Positions 14,501 to 26,500 of a stretch of 64,000 nt of DNA are shown here, in pieces. The stretch spans positions 27,592,001 through 27,656,000 of the forward strand of contig CM075987.1 in NCBI GenBank assembly GCA_038087875.1, read 5' to 3'. Position 1 is the stretch's first letter, and every line of letters begins with the position of its first letter. The notes under the pieces were generated by a model. The model saw only the letters and a program-made list of their open reading frames with translations, did no database searches and had not been told where the DNA came from. The translations under genes and the position numbers were made by a program. Origin of the DNA: Malacoraja senta. Lineage: Eukaryota.

Positions 14501-17500
14501 TCAGGCAGCATCTCTGGATAAAAGGAATAGGTGACGTTTCGGGTTGAGACTCTTCTTCAGATTCATAACCTGATTAAGGGTCTCTACCCAAAACGTCACC
14601 TATTCCTTTTATCCGGAGATGTGCCTGGCCCACTTAGTTACTCCAGCACTTTGTGTGTATCATGGGTGTGAAGTAGCCTGGCTGGGTGCCTGCCAGTGGG
14701 TGGTACTTGGATATAAGCCTGTTGATTGTGTTTGTGCCCTAGAGCTGGGGATGGAGTACGTGCCTCCGTCCCAGTGCCTGCTCCCTGTGCTGGAGAATGA
14801 CGGGCAGGTGGCGAGCAGTGACGACGTCGAGGGCAGCTTCCAACAACGGGTGCTGGAGGCAGAGAAGTGGCAGGTATGGGGTGCACCGTGTGTGGGAAGG
14901 AACTGCAGGTTTACAGTGAAGATAGACACAAAGTGCTGGAGTAACTCAACGGGACAGGCAGCATTTCTGGAGAGAAGCAATGGGTGATGTTTCGGGTTGA
15001 GACCCTTCAGTCTCGACGCAAAACGTCACCCATTCCTTCTCTCCAGAGATGCTGAGTTACTCCAGCTTTTTGTGTCTATCTTGCATGCGAAATGTGTGGT
15101 CTTGACCCACAATCTAAGCTCAGCGATGAATGAAGACAACTCTATACTGCAACAGAGTGGTGTACAACCTCATATCCTCCATTAGCTGATTGGGTTAGTC
15201 CAGTGTATGTGGCATAGTGGTAGAGTTGCTGCCTCTGGTCTGATAAACCAGACACCCGACTACGGGTGCTGTCTGTACGGAGTTTGTCCGTCCTCGCTTT
15301 GACCGGGTGTGTAGATCAATCACTATTGCTGATTGTGATCCATGTCTGGTCTTGTTATTGCTGACCCGATCCATGATCCAGATTCCATACCGGGTCTTCA
15401 CCATGCCATCTGGTGGTACGCAGTAGCTAAGACTCAGTTTAATCTACGATACTGAGCCTTACAGAAGCCAATGTTATGGTCTCTGTTTGTGTTCTTAATA
15501 AAGTACTTTTTATGAAGTTTAATGACATAGTGTTACTCATACTTCATACAGTGTGGGTTTTCTCCGGGTGCTCCGGTTTCCTCCAAAAGACGTACAGGTT
15601 TGCAGTTTAATTGGCTTCTGTAAATTGTCCCTCGTGCGAAGGATGGAACTGGTGTACGGATGATCGCCAGTTGGCGAGGACTTGGTGTTTCCACTCAGTA
15701 CCTCTAAGACTAAATGTGTTCAGATTTAAAATCAAGCAATCAGTGGACCCTGAATATGCAGTTACAACACATTGTGAAATTCACCACAGTCCACTTGCGA
15801 TATCACTTCCTCAACAAAGTGTGGCTGGTTTCCGAAAGGATTTCCTGGAGAATGCATATTAACTGTTCAACATCCCTTTCTTCATTCACAGCGTGGTGAA
15901 TCTGTGGAAATATTTGCCACAGAAGGCTGTTGAGGCCAAGTCGGTGGATATTTTTAAGGCGGAGATAGATAGATTTATGATTAGAAAATAGGTGCAGGAG
16001 TAGGCAATTCGGCCCTTTGAGCCAGCACCACCATTCAATATGATCATGGCCGATCATCCAGAATCAGTATCCTGCTTTTTCCCATATCCCTTGATTCCAT
16101 TAGCCCTAAGACCTATTTCTAACTCTCTTGAATACTTGATTAGTACGGGTGTCAGATGTTATGGGGAAAAGGCAGGAGAATGAGGTTAGGAGGGAGAGAT
16201 AGATCAGCCATGATTGAATGGGGGAGTAGACTTGATAGGCCGAATGGCCTCATTCTACTCCTATTCCTTATGACTTTATCTAAAAAATCATTAAATTCCT
16301 CCTTGAATGTACTCAGTGACTGATGTCATCAATGCAAACTGATATGTTATTGTGGCCTGAATTAAGAAGAGTTTTGTTTCATTGCAGAACAAGTTCATGG
16401 ACTTTGATAAGAAGAAGGTAAGAAAACATGTTTGACAATTATTTAACGATAAATGTAATCGGATTCTATTTAATAATTGATTTGTGTTTAGAACACTGTT
16501 TTGTAGACGCACACACTTGGCCTCACTGCACAGAACATCGACTATCCAATCCCATGTCTAATATCTGTTGGACAGAGTTCCCACCGACTAAACGCTAATC
16601 CATTATTACCGTTTGTACAACATCCTCACGGTCAAAATCCATTCTCACTCTCAGCATGTACTGAAATCTTCAATGGATTCAGCAAGATATAGATGAGTTG
16701 AAATATGGCAGAGAAATGGCAGGTGAAGTTTAATCTGGGCAATGGTGAGATGTTGCAGTATGAGGGGAAAGTGTAGGGAGGAGGGAGCTCCCGGTGAGTG
16801 CCACACAGCAGTGGTGCTGGACTGTCAGGCCGCAGACAGAGCAAGGAGAGACGTCGGGGAGAGGGGGCGGAACCTCAGTCTATCTTGCCTCTCGTCCACA
16901 GGAACAGAAGCAGCAGGAGAAGCTGGAGTTTGAGAGGAGGCTTGACGAGGAGCAGCGGGAAAGGACGCAGCTAATGTTGGAGGACAGCAGCCACAAGGAG
17001 CAGGTCCTGCAGGCTGTCAAACAGGTAAGCAAGGCAAGAAGCAGGACACTAGGTCAGTCATATCATCATGGTGCTTCAGTTTCAATTTAGTTTATTGTCA
17101 AGAGGTACAGTGTAAAACCTTTTGTTGCGTGCTAACCAGTCCGAGGGTCATGGAAGAGATAGATAGTAGTTCTGGTTGTGGTAGGATGGTTCAGTTGCCT
17201 GATAACAGCTGGGAAGAAACTGTTCCTGAATCTGGAGGTGTGTGTTTTCACACTTCTCTACATTTTGCCTGATGGGAGAGGGGAGAAGAGGGAGTGGCCG
17301 GGTGTAACCTGCCTCTGGATGAATGTTGGTGGATCAAGTTGTGGAAAGATTGGAATAAATAAATGAAGGTAGACACAAAATGCTGGAGTAACTCAGCGGG
17401 ACAGGCAGCATCTCTGGAGGGAACCCATTCCTTCTCTCCAGAGATGCTACCTGTCCCACTGAGTTACTCCAGCATTTTGTGTCTACCTTCGATTTAAACC

Positions 17501-20500
17501 AGCAACTGCAGTTCTTTCCTATACAATACATAAATGAAGCTGTTCTTTGCTGGCATTCCTGGCCAGAGTTTACTGCCTGCCTGCTGGATCTTGTTGCCCT
17601 GTGGTGAAGTAATTACCGTCCTGTGCTCCATATCCACCCACGTCTGCACTCTCTCTCTCTTCCACAGGAGCAAGGGAAACTGGACCAGGGTCTCCGAGAC
17701 CAGCAGCGCTACATGGATGATGAGCGTCAGAGACTGCTGGAGGAGCTGAAACAAGGAGAGGATGGAGCCATGAGCCTTATCCATAACCTGCTGGTGGACA
17801 GTGAGAGGTGAGGTGGTTGGGGTAGCGTGGAGAGGAGGGGCAGCCACGGTGACTAATGTGTTCCTGGTACGATGCCGACTCTCTCACTTCCAATGCTGTA
17901 GAGTGGTAGAATCATACAGTGTGGAACAGGCCCTCCGTCTCAACTCGTCCATGCTGTCCCAGATGTCCCATCTAAGCTGGTCCTATTTGTTGCCATTTGG
18001 TCCATATCCATCTGAACCGTTCCCATCCATGTACTCTGACCAGTGCTTGCTGCCAGGATTGTGATGGGTAATTGGATTGGTGATTGTCGACGGAAACGTT
18101 GTGTTATACCTGTACCCTGAATCTGGCTTTACTTGAGATAGGAACAGACACAAAATAATACATCTTGTAGAACAGTGGAGAGTATCTGGAGCAAGATGGT
18201 TTATTGTAGGCCTGAGCAGTGCGCACTGACAAACACTGAGAAAACCCAAAGTGTTTCAAAGATTCACAGTACCTACAGCATTTTATATTCTCACATCACA
18301 ATGGTTACTTGTAAATTCTACATTTGCAAAATAAGTTATCATTGATCAATGTCTCTAACCTTTCATCTTTGTCTTTCTCCAGAGTTGTTCCTGGAGACGG
18401 ATTTGAACTAGTTAAGTACAGGTGGGAATACTACCAGTGAACCACACTGACATGGTCAAGGGTTGGTTTCACGTTGAGTCTCTTCTCCAAGTGTTTGGAT
18501 CGTCACTTGCTGGACTGATGGCTCAAAATAGCTGTGCTGTTTCACACGTTCTAGGAGCAGAATTAGACCATTCGGCCCATCAAGTTTAATCTGCCATTCA
18601 ATCATTACTGATCTATCTTTCCCTCTCAACCCCATTCTCCTGCCTTCACCCCATACTAATCAAAATTGGACAGTAGTCTTGGATAGTGGTGCTTGGGTAG
18701 TAGTCGGGCCTCGATGTTGTTGTGACCTGAACCACACCTTTGAACAGAGACCCAGCCTAAATTTATCACAACTGTTGAGTCTGTTGGAAGTACAAACATT
18801 CTCATTTGTATTCTTGTTCAAAAAAAAAAGTTTTATAGGCAATGAAGGAGAGAGGGGAAAATGGTTATTCCTTTTACGTTATTCCCTTCATCCTGTATCT
18901 GTATACTGTGGATGGCTGTGTTTATAATCATGTGTTGTCCTTCGGCCGAGTATTTAGCACGCTGCAAAAGCTTTTCACTGTACTTGGTTACACGTGACCA
19001 TAAACACAACTCAAAGGTGTGGATGTACCTGGACTTCTGCTCTCTACGCTTCTTACTATCAAAATAAGATTAAAAATTAAGCTAAAGTTTAAAATTAAGT
19101 TTTTTTTAAATCTTAATTGTTTCTCTTTCAGAAGAAAGCAGAACTCAATGCTGATAGAATCACTGGAAAAAGAGAGGTGAGACTTTGGTCAAGAGGATTT
19201 AATTGTCATTTGAACTGAAATAGAACAATGACATTTGTACTTGCAGCAACATGACCAGGTCTGTAACACAGTATTTAATACAACACATTGTAAAACAAAC
19301 AGAAAGAGAAGTTTATTTTTAAACCCTATATTAGTGCAACATATAATAAAATCACTCACGCAAACAAGGCATTTTGAAGATGGAAGTTTAGTTGGTGTTT
19401 GTAGTGTTCAATAGCCTGGTGGCTGTAGGGAAGAAGCTGAGCCTGGACGTTAGAGTTTTCAGGCTGCTGTATCTTCCCGACAACAGGCGTGAAATGTGAA
19501 TGTGGCCAGGGTGGTGTGGGTCTCTGATGATGTTGGCTATCTCTTTGAGGCAGTGACTCCTGTAGATCCCTTCGATGGTGGGGAGGTCAGTACCCATGAT
19601 GGACTGGGCAGTGTTCACCACATTTAGTGATCCAGCTCCCTGGTGTGCCTGGTCTATGTACTCCTCATAGCTGGCACCCTGTGCTTCTGAGATGGTTTAT
19701 CTGACTCACTGGTGTCCGTGGCAGCCGTAACTAGGTCTTGGGCTTTGTGTTGGCCAATAAGAAGTGTCTAGCCCAGCATGAAATGCTGTCTGTTCTTCCC
19801 AGCCTGTTCTATCATGTACACTTCCAAGGAATAGTCATTTTGTTTTTAGTTTAGTTTAGGGATACAGCATGAAAACAGGCCCTTCGACCCACCGAGTCCA
19901 CGCCGACCAGCACTAGCACTATCCTACACACACTGGGGACAATTTACAATTTTTCTGAAGCCAATTAACCGACAAATCTTTGGAGTGTGGGAGGAAACCG
20001 GAGAAAACCCACATGGTCACAAGGAGAACGTACAAACTCCATACAGACAGCGCCCATAGTCAGGATCAAACCCGGGTCTCTGGTGCTGTGAGGCAGCAAC
20101 TCTACCGCTGCGCCACTGCATGTTCCTCCTGTTCTCCCGTTCTTTGTTAATAAAACAATGAAATGGGAAATATTACTGAGGGAACTACGCAATGTTCAGT
20201 GGCTCATTGAGGATCTACACTCAGAGGAGAAGGCAGGAAAATGGGATTGGGAGGCAGAGATCAGCCATGAATGAATGGGGGAGTAGACTCGATGGGCCGA
20301 ATGGCCTAAATCTACTCCTAGAACTTGTGAATGTGTTGTAAACATTGCCTCCTCTCTGCCATCTACAGGGTAAAAATGGAACAGTTGATGACAATAACAC
20401 AGGAGGAGAACGAGAGACTGCGAAAGAAGGAGGTGGCAGGTAAGCACATGGGACACTGAGATGTATTCTCTGTTATTTGAGATTGGAGCATTGTGTGTCT

Positions 20501-23500
20501 ATATATTTTTCAATTAGTTTGCTAAGATGGCTGTAAGTAAGTAAAAGTAAGTAAAATTTATTTATATAGCACATTTTCCAATTGATTTGAATCAAAAGCC
20601 AAAGTGCTTTACAGTGAACTAACCATACAAATAATAAAAAGAGGTAGAAAAAATGACACAACACACTATAAGAGATTTTACACAAACACGAACACCCCCC
20701 CACAGTAGAATCTACACTCTCCACTGTGAGGGAAGGCACTAAAATGTCCAGTCCTGTACTGCTGAGTTGCTGTATGGAGCACCGTCTGAAAGGGGGAGTT
20801 GAGCTGCAAGTTCTCAGCAGGACTTAGTTTTAGTGTAGTTTAAAGATACAGAGCGGGAACAGGCCCTTCGGCCCACCGAGTCCATGCCGACCAGCGATCC
20901 CCGCACACTAGCACTATCCTACAGGGACAATTTACAATCTTTTACCAAAGCCAATTAACCTGTAAACCTGTAAGTCTTCAGAGTGTGGGAGAAAAACGGA
21001 GTACCTGGAGAAAACCAATGCAGTCATGGGGAGAACGTACAAACTCCGTACGGACAGCACCTGTAGTCAGGATCGAACCCGGTTCTCTGGAGCTGTAAGG
21101 CAGCAACTCTACCGCTGAGCCACCATGCCACCCTGCGTTGTTCATCATAAGTCAAGCTTGTAGTTCCCATTCCAGCCCTCTGAGCATGAAAACTAGCATG
21201 GCATTCCAGACTATCAGAATAAAAGGACATTCCTTAAGAAAGCAGATGAGGAGGAATCTCTTCAGCCAGAGGGTGGTGAATCTGTGGGATTTTGCCACAG
21301 ACGGCTGTGGAGGCCAAGTCATTGGTATTTTTAAAGTGGAGATTGACAGGTACTTGATTAGTAAGGGCGTCAGGGGTTATGGGGAGAAGGCAGGAGAATG
21401 GGGTTGAGAGAGATAGGTAGATCAGCCATAAATGAATGGCAGAGTAGACTATTTGTGCCGAATCCTTTAATTCTCTTCCTAAAACTTATAAACTTATCCC
21501 TCCATAACAGTTCCCAAACTAACCAGATGGTAAAACATCATTACACTGACACAGCTACAGAGAAAGTGCAGAAAGGGTGGCAACAAGGGTGGTTTGGAGA
21601 TGGGCACACCCCCCCAGCTAATGAGAGGACCATTCAGTAGTTTGATAACAGTGGAGGGGGTGCCTAGTGGGGTGCTGCAAGGCTCAGTGCTGGGACCCCA
21701 GTTAGTTACAATATATATTAACAATTTAGAGGAGGGAATTAAATGTGACATCTCCAAGTTTGTGGATGACACAAAGCTGGGTGGCAGTGTGATCTGCGAT
21801 GAGGATGCTATGAGGCTGCAGGGTGATTTGGATAGGTTGGGTGAGTGGGCAGATGCATGGCAGATGCAGTATAATGTGGATAAATGTGAGGTTATCCAAT
21901 TTTGTGGCAAGAACATGAAGGCAGATTATTATCTGAATGGTGTCAGATTAGGAAAAGAGGAGGTGCAACGAGACCTGGGTGTGCTTGTACATCAGTCACT
22001 GAAAGTAAGCATGCCTAGAGGATTTGAGTTTAGGAGCAAGGAGGTCCTACTGCAGTTGTACAGGGCCCTGGTGAGACCGCACCTGGAGTATTGTGTGTAA
22101 TTTCGGTCTCCAAATTTGAGAAAGGACATTCTTGCTATTGAGGGAGTGCAGCGTAGGTTCACCAGGTTAATTCGCAGGATGGCGGGACTGTCATATGTTG
22201 ATAGAATGGAGCGGTTGGGCTTGTATTCACTGCAATTTAGAAGGATGAGAGGGCATCTTATAGAAACATATAACATTCTTAAAGGATTGGACAGGCAAGA
22301 TGCAGGAAAAATGTTCCCGACTTTTGGGGGAGTCCAAAACCAGGGGTCACAGTTTAAGAATAAGGGGTCGGCCATTTAGGACTGAGATGAGGAAAAACTT
22401 TTTCAACCAGAGAGTTGTGAACCTGTGGAATTCTCTGCCACAGAAGGCTGTGGAGGCCAATTCACTGGATGTATTCAAGAGGGAGTTCTTTAGCCAAGGG
22501 ATTTAGCTCTTAGGGCTAAAGGAATCAAGGGATATGGGAAGAAAGCAGGAACGGTGTACTGATTTTGGATGATCATCCATGATCACATTGAATGGTGGTG
22601 CTGACTTGAAGGGCTGAATGGTCTACTCCTGCATCTATTTTCTATGGATTACCTGAGTGTTCTGCACCCAATCTCCTCTTTGCTCTTGCAGCTGCTATGC
22701 AGGAGATGCTGTCTGACAGCTCCACGAACAAGCTCCTGCACATGATCTACGAGACAAGGCGCCAGCAATTGGTGGATGAAGCCAGCTCCAGGTACAGAGT
22801 AAGCACAGAGTTCCCACTGCCATGGCTGCTCTCAGTTTCCTTCATTAGCTCATATCATAAGTGATAGGAGTAGAATTAGGCCATTCGGGCCATCAAGTCT
22901 ACTCCATCATTCAATCATGACTGATCATGAATCAGTGGAGGATGCAGTCAACCTAGGCCAGCACTTCATCCTCCAGCACATACACCACCAGGGGGACCAA
23001 TGCAAGGAGTTTAGCTCTGCATTCAACACCATTGTGCCAGAGCCATTTTCTATGTATATCGTGTTATCCTCGCGGGCAAAGCACCAAAGCTAATTCCTTG
23101 TATGTGTACATACTTGGCTAATAAAATCTATTCAATTCAATTCAATTCTATCTATCCCTCCTAACCCCAATCTCCTGCCTTGTCCCCATAATCTCTATTA
23201 TTTTGTACACCTCTGTAAGATCACCCTTCATCCTCCTGCGCTCCAAGGAATAGAGTCCTAGCCTGATCAACCTCTCCCTATAGCTCAGAACCTCGAGTCC
23301 TGGCAACATCCTCGTAAATCTCTGAACCCGTTCCAGCTTGACAATATCTTTCCTATATCATGGTACGCAGAGCTGAACACAATACTCTAAATGTGGGCTC
23401 ACCAACGTTTTATATAGCTGCAACATAACCTCCCAACTTCTATACATAATACTCTGAGTGACGATGGCCAGTTTGTTGAAAGCTTTCTTGAGCACCCTGT

Positions 23501-26500
23501 CACCCTGTGATTTTCTTTTTCTTTTTTACACCAAATGCTGAAAGGACTCAGCAGGTCGGGCAGAATCCGTGCAGGGAATAGCCAGTGTTCGAGTCTTCAG
23601 GCCCCGATGAAGGGTGCCAACGCGAAACGTTGCTTGTCCATTCCCTCCACAGATGCCACGGCCATAGAGCCTTACGTGAAGTGTGAGTGATTGAGCGGAC
23701 AGCTCCAACGATGCTAACTCCCGCTGGCCCTTCTGTTTTACAGCATGGTGGAAATGGATGGGAGACTTCACCAAATTCAGATCTTGCAACAAATGGATCA
23801 GAACAAGACCATTGGGCAAATCCTGAGTGAGGTGTGTATCTTGCTGAGTTGTTTACAATCCTCGTTGCGATCAGGTTGAATAGGACTGAAGATGCAAGTG
23901 AAGCTTCGAAGAGAAGTCATTTTACAATACGCAGCGCTGCACGGTGGCGCAGTGGGTAGAGTCGCTGTCTGTTTCCTCCCACACTCCAAACACCTACAGG
24001 TTTGTAGGTTAATTGGCTTTGGTCAAGACTGTAAATTGTTCCTAGTGTGTGTGTAGGATAGTGTTAGTGTACGGGGTGATTGCTGGTCGGCATGGACTCA
24101 GTGGGCTGAAGGGCCTGTTTCTGTACTGGTATCTCTAAATTAAACTAAACTAACCCAAGAATTGTATTTGCATAATGCCTTATTGCAGCTAAAACATCTT
24201 GAAAGGAGTCAAAATAACAATTGTTTGAATATAAAATGCAAGACAGTCTGGATGTTAGATGTGGGAGGTCATGGAGTCTGATACCCCTCCAGACTTCCAC
24301 ATCTGTGCCAGGTGCGTCAAGATGGGGTTCCTAAGGGACCGTGTTAGGAACCTGGAGCAGCAGCTCGATGACCTCTGTCTGATCAGGGAGAGTGAGGAGG
24401 TCATAGAAAGGAGTTATAGGGAGGTGGCCACTCCAAGACCACGGGAGGCAGACAAGTGGGTCACGGTTAGGAAGGGCAAGGGGCAGAGGCAGGGACTAGT
24501 GAGTACCCCGGTGGCTGTACACCTTGAAAATAAGTACTCCTGTTTGAGTACTGTTGGGGGGGGCAGCCTTCCTGGGGGCAGCGACAGCGTCCGGGCCTCC
24601 GGCACAGAGACCGGCCCTGTTGATCAGAAGGGTAAGGAAAAGAAGAGGAGGGCAATAGTAATAGGGGACTCTATAGTTAGGGGGTCGGATAGGCGATTCT
24701 GTGGACGCAGTCAGGAGACTCGGATGGTAGTTTGCCTCCCTGGTGCCAGGGTCAGGGATGTGTCTGAATGCGTCCAAGATATCCTGAAATCGGAGGGAGA
24801 GGAGCCTGAGGTTGTGGTACATATAGGTACCAATGACATAGGCAGAAAAAGAGAAGAGGTCCTGAAAGAGAAGAGGTCCTTGACTTGACTTGAAAGGAGA
24901 ATTTAGGGAGTTGGGAGGACAGTTAAGGAGAAGGACCGCAAAGGTAACAATCTCAGGATTACTACCTGTGCCACGCGACAGTGAGAGTAGGAATGGAATG
25001 AGGTGGAGGATAAATGCGTGGCTGCGGAACTGGTGCAGCGGGCAGGGATTCAAATTTCTGGATCATTGGGACCTCTTTTGGGGAAGGTGTGACCTGTACA
25101 GAAAGGACGGGTTGCACTTGAACCCGAGGGGGACCAATATCCTGGCGGGGAGATTTGCAAAGGCTACTGGGGAGACTTTAAACTAGAACGGTTGGGGGGA
25201 GGGACTCAAATAGAGAAAACTAGTAGAAAATGTGGGAGGCAGGAGGCAGAGAAGGGAAGCTCTCGGACCCAAAATGTAGGGGAGAAAGAAGAAAAAGATA
25301 ATAAACAAAGAATAAGTGGTGGTGGGTTTCTTAAATGTGTATATTTTAACGCTAGGAGCATTGTAAGAAAGGTGGATGAGCTTAGAGCCTGGATTGACAC
25401 CTGGAAGTATGATGTTGTGGCGATCAGTGAAACATGGTTGCAGGATGGCTGTGATTGGAAACTAAATATTCCAGGATTTCGTTGCTTCAGGGGTGATAGA
25501 ATTGGAGGGGCAAGAGGTGGGGGTGTTGCATTGCTTATCAAGGAAGATATTACAGCAGTGCTTTGGCAGGATAGATTAGAGGGCTCGTCTAGGGAGGCCA
25601 TTTGGGTGGAACTGAGAAATGGGAAAGGTGTAGCAACACTTATAGGGGTGTATTTTTGACCGCCAAATGGGGAGCGAGAATTGGAAGAGCAAATATGTAA
25701 GGAGATAGCAGATATTAGTAGTAAGCACAAGGTAGTGATTGTGGGAGATTTCAATTTTCCACACATAGACTGGGAAACATATTCTGTAAAAGGGCTGGAT
25801 GGTTTGGAGTTTGTAAAATGTGTGCAGGATAGTTTTTTGCAGCAATACATAGAGGTACCTACTAGAGAAGGGGCAATGCTGGACCTCCTGTTAGGAAATG
25901 AGACGGGGCAGGTGGCGGAGGAATGCGTCGGGGAGCACTTCGGGTCCAGTGATCACAATACCATTAATTTCAATATAATTATGGAGAGGGTCAGAACTGG
26001 ACCTAGGGTTGAGATTTTTTATTGGAGAAAGGCTAACTTTGAGGAGATGCGAAAGGATTTAAAAGGAGTGAATTGGGACATGTTGTTTTATGGGAAGGAT
26101 GTAGAAGAGAAATGGAGGACATTTAAAGGTGAAATTTTAAGAGTACAGAATCTTTATGTCCCTGTTCGGTTGAAAGGAAATAGTAAAAATTGGAAAGAGC
26201 CATGGTTTTCAAGGGAAATTGTACACGGTTCGGAAAAAAAAGACAGATCTACAATAATTATAGGCAGCATGGAGTAAATTAGGTGCTTGAGGAGTATAAA
26301 GAATGTACAAAGAATATTAAGAAAGAAATTAGAAAAGCTAAAAGAAGATATGAGGTTGCTTTGGCAAGTAAGGTGAAAGTAAATCCAAAGGGCTTCTACA
26401 GCTATATTAATAGCAAAAGGATAACAAGGAATAAAATTGGTCCATTAGAGAGTCAGAGTGGACAGCTATCTGCAGAGCCAAAAGAGATGGGGGAGATATT